Below are positions 61,006-64,000 of a stretch of DNA of 64,000 bases, piece by piece (position 1 is the stretch's first letter; every line of letters starts with the position of its first letter). A model generated the notes under the pieces. That model made no database searches. It was given only the letters and a program-made list of their open reading frames with translations, and was not told the origin of the DNA. Where the stretch lies: assembly GCA_950097015.1 (NCBI GenBank), contig CATNEN010000001.1, forward strand, positions 14,694,001 to 14,758,000. Reading direction: 5' to 3'. The DNA is from Macrostomum hystrix (lineage: Eukaryota > Animalia > Platyhelminthes). Made by a program: the position numbers and the translations under genes.

Positions 61006-61300
61006 TGTCTAACAGGTTGACAAGTGTGTCTAACAGGTTGACTAGTGTGTCTAACAGGTTGACTAGTGTGTCTAACATGTGGACTAGTGTGTTTAACAGG
61101 TTGACTAGTGTGTCTAACAGGTTGACTAGTGTGTTTAACAGGTTGACTAGGTGTCTAACAGGTTGGCTAGTGTGTTTAACAGGTTGACTTGTGTGTCTAA
61201 CAGGTTGACTAGTGTGTCTAACAGATTTAATAGTGCGTCTAACAGGCTGAATAGTGTGTCTAACAGGTTGACTATTGTGTCCAACAGGTGTCTAACAGGG
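61006..61300. repeat. Intronic 21-bp minisatellite (tgtctaacaggttgactagtg)
   Basis: Tandem array. Confidence 0.92.
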
Positions 61301-61674
61301 TAGTCTGTCCTTTTCTAACGAAAATTGTTTCCTTCCTGTCAATTACTTTGCAGGCCATTCGAAACGCGACCTCAGAAACGGTTTGTTCCTAAAATAATTT
61401 TCAAGTCGTTGTCAATCTAACCGTTAGAACATGTTATGTTAATAGCGTGCCGCACTAACCTGCTTAGTTTATCAGCTGATGTAGCTTAAGCAAATTTTTT
61501 TTCCGCTACTTTAACACTATACTATATGTTGACTAGTTTTGCACGCTAACTAGGCACATGCATTTTTCGTCTATTAGATGAATGTAGCTATTTCGATAGT
61601 AATGCTTTTCAAATTACGCTCGCATATTCTTACTTATCTGATGATAAATCAACATTAAATAGCGTGTCAATACA

Positions 61675-62760
61675 GTCTACGTTGTCTACTCCGTCTGCTC
61701 TGGTTACTTTGTCTACTCTGTCTACCTTGTCTACTCTATCTACTTCCTTTACTCTGTATAATTTGGCTACTTGTCTATTCTGTATAGTTTGTCTGCTCTA
61801 TTTACTCTATATACATTCCCTGCTGTTCGCTTTGTCTACTTGTCTAATCTGTCTACTCCGTCTACTTTGTCTACTTTGTCCATTCTGTCCACTCTGTCTA
61901 CTGTCTACTTTTTCTACTCTGTCTACTCTGTCTACTTTATCTACTTTGTCTACTCTGTCTACTTTGTCCATTCTGTCCACTCTGTCTACTGTCTACTTTG
62001 TCTACTCTGTCTACTCTGTCTACTTTATCTACTTTGTCTACTCTGTCTACTTTGTCCATTCTGTCCACTCTGTCTACTGTCTACTTTTTCTACTCTGTCT
62101 ACTCTGTCTACTTTATCTACTTTGTCTACTCTGTCTACTTTGTCCATTCTGTCCACTCTGTCTACTGTCTACTTTTTCTACTCTGTCTACTCTGTCTACT
62201 TTATCTACTTTGTCTACTCTGTCTACTTTGTCCATTCTGTCCACTCTGTCTACTGTCTACTTTGTCTACTCTGTCTACTCCGTCCACTTTGTCTACTTTG
62301 TCCATTCTATCCACTGTGTCTATTATCTACTTTGTCTACTCTGTCTACTTTGTCTAATCTGTCTACTTTGTCTCCTCTGTCTACTTTGTCCATTCTGTCT
62401 CCTCTGCAGTCTACTCCGTCTACTTTGTCTACTTTGTCCATTCTGTCCACTCTGTCTACTGTCTACTCCGTCTACTTTGTCTACTTTGTCCATTCTGTCC
62501 ACTCTGTCTACTGTCTACTTTGTCTACTCTGTCTACTCTGTCTTCTTTATCTACTTTGTCTACTCTGTCTACTTTTTCTACTCTGTCTAATTTGTCTACT
62601 TTGTCTACTCGGTCTACTTTGTCTACACTGTCTACTCTGTCTACTTTGTCTACTCTGTCTACTTTGTCTACTCTGTCTACTGTCTACTTTGTCTACTCTG
62701 TCTACTTTTTCTGCTCCGGCTAATATTTCTACTTTATGCACCTTGTCTACTTTGGCTACA
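61675..62760. repeat. 9-bp-based minisatellite (tgtctactt/tgtctactc)
   Basis: Tandem array that accounts for the STLSTL ORFs. Confidence 0.94.
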
Positions 62761-63469
62761 AGCTATCCAAACCAGTTTACAGCCAGTTTTGTCTACCCTT
62801 TCCTACGCCAAACTGTCCATTCATTTCAGGTCTCCCCCCATATAACAATGCTTCATTTATCACATCTCAGTTTGATATCGTGAATTATTCAGAAAAAAAC
62901 TACGGCAAGTCATATAAGTCTAGAAGTTGTACAGTAACTAAGGTAGAGGCTGGTTCACCACAGAGTTATCGATTCGCTGCAGCAGCTGAGCCAACTGCAA
63001 CAGTTCCATGCAAGCCTGTACGGCTCGTATAACTTACTGTTTTGTCTCATGCATTGCTCTCTGACATCAGAAAGTCAAGTGAACCTACAAGGGGGACCTT
63101 CTGAAAGCATGCCTATTATTGCTTTTTACCCAATGAAATACAAGCCTTTCTTGCCTGGACGGAACTCTGCATCCACTGCTATATGGGATGAAAATATTAA
63201 CCGATAAGTTTTGTAGTTCAATGTTTTCGTGCAACTTTGAACGAATATTACACCGTAGGACATGTCCTAAGTATTAGCAATAACCTTGAGTCGTTTAGGT
63301 CTTACCCGCAATCCATAAAGTTATCCCTAGTTTTTGCAATCCTCCTTAATCCTCGTGGTTATCCGTAACCCTAGAGATTATCCTTAATCCTTTAGATCGT
63401 TCCTAATACTTTGGATTATCCCGAATCCTTTGGATAATTCCTAAGCCTTTAGATTATCCCTAATCATAG

Positions 63470-63760
63470 TGATTATCCTTAATCCAAGAGATTATCCCTA
63501 ATCCTAGAGATTATCCCTAATCCTAGAGATTATCCCTAATCCTAGAGATTATCCCTAATCCTAGAGATTATCCCTAATCCTAGAGATTATCCCTAATCCT
63601 AGAGATTATCCCTAATCCTAGAGATTATCCCTAATCCTAGAGATTATCCCTAATCCTAGAGATTATCCCTAATCCTAGAGATTATCCCTAATCCTAGAGA
63701 TTATCCCTAATCCTAGAGATTATCCCTAATCCTAGAGATTATCCCTAATCCTTAATATTA
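63470..63760. repeat. 19-bp minisatellite (atccctaatcctagagatt)
   Basis: About 14 perfect units with degenerate flanks. Confidence 0.95.
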
Positions 63761-64000
63761 TCCAAAATTCTCTAGATTACCCCAAATCCTAGAAACTATA
63801 TGTTTATCCTTGATCCTAGCGATCGCCCTAAAAGCTTAAGTATCTAAGCCCAAATGTCGCAAAGACATTAAGATCTTTAGGCTTGTTGCGGTTAAAATTT
63901 AACACCCCATCAGCAATGAACCCTAAGTGCACATTTTACCATCAGCCGCGTTTTCCCATCACAGCTTGTAATTTTTTCTCTATAGACTTTGAAAGTTTTG

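Noticed and set aside
44912-62883. Repetitive ORFs at 44.9-45.7, 50.0-50.4, 51.8-53.0, 57.6-57.9, 59.0-59.3 and 61.7-62.9 kb
   Set aside because: They are minisatellite artefacts with no domain content.

Overview
Eukaryotic, intron-rich animal DNA. The TRPM sequence and the minisatellite-filled introns suggest a free-living flatworm such as Macrostomum (inference). The left 25 kb is a mosaic of mobile and decayed DNA: a frameshifted spliced gene, a deleted Helitron with both ends intact, an ETS-domain pseudogene, and an intact intronless HES/WRPW bHLH gene whose promoter segment is duplicated nearby. It also holds a 12.9-18.3 kb cluster of two Crypton-type tyrosine recombinase genes and a Tc1/IS630 fragment, punctuated by eight GTCTATGG motifs and long hairpins. 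Two inverted solo LTRs, each with its own 4-bp TSD, enclose a LINE fragment, a Penelope fragment with a minimal hammerhead ribozyme, and a J-domain ORF. From 26.2 kb to beyond the right edge lies one + strand gene that I assembled by hand from 30 phase-compatible exons (about 2147 codons so far). It encodes N-terminal ankyrin repeats, SLOG/MHR, six TM segments, a TRP helix and a degenerate NUDT9-H domain, and resembles the flatworm praziquantel-target channel TRPM_PZQ. Most of its long introns carry their own minisatellite, often abutting a splice site, and five carry tRNA-derived SINE copies. All coordinates were read by eye and no searches were run.
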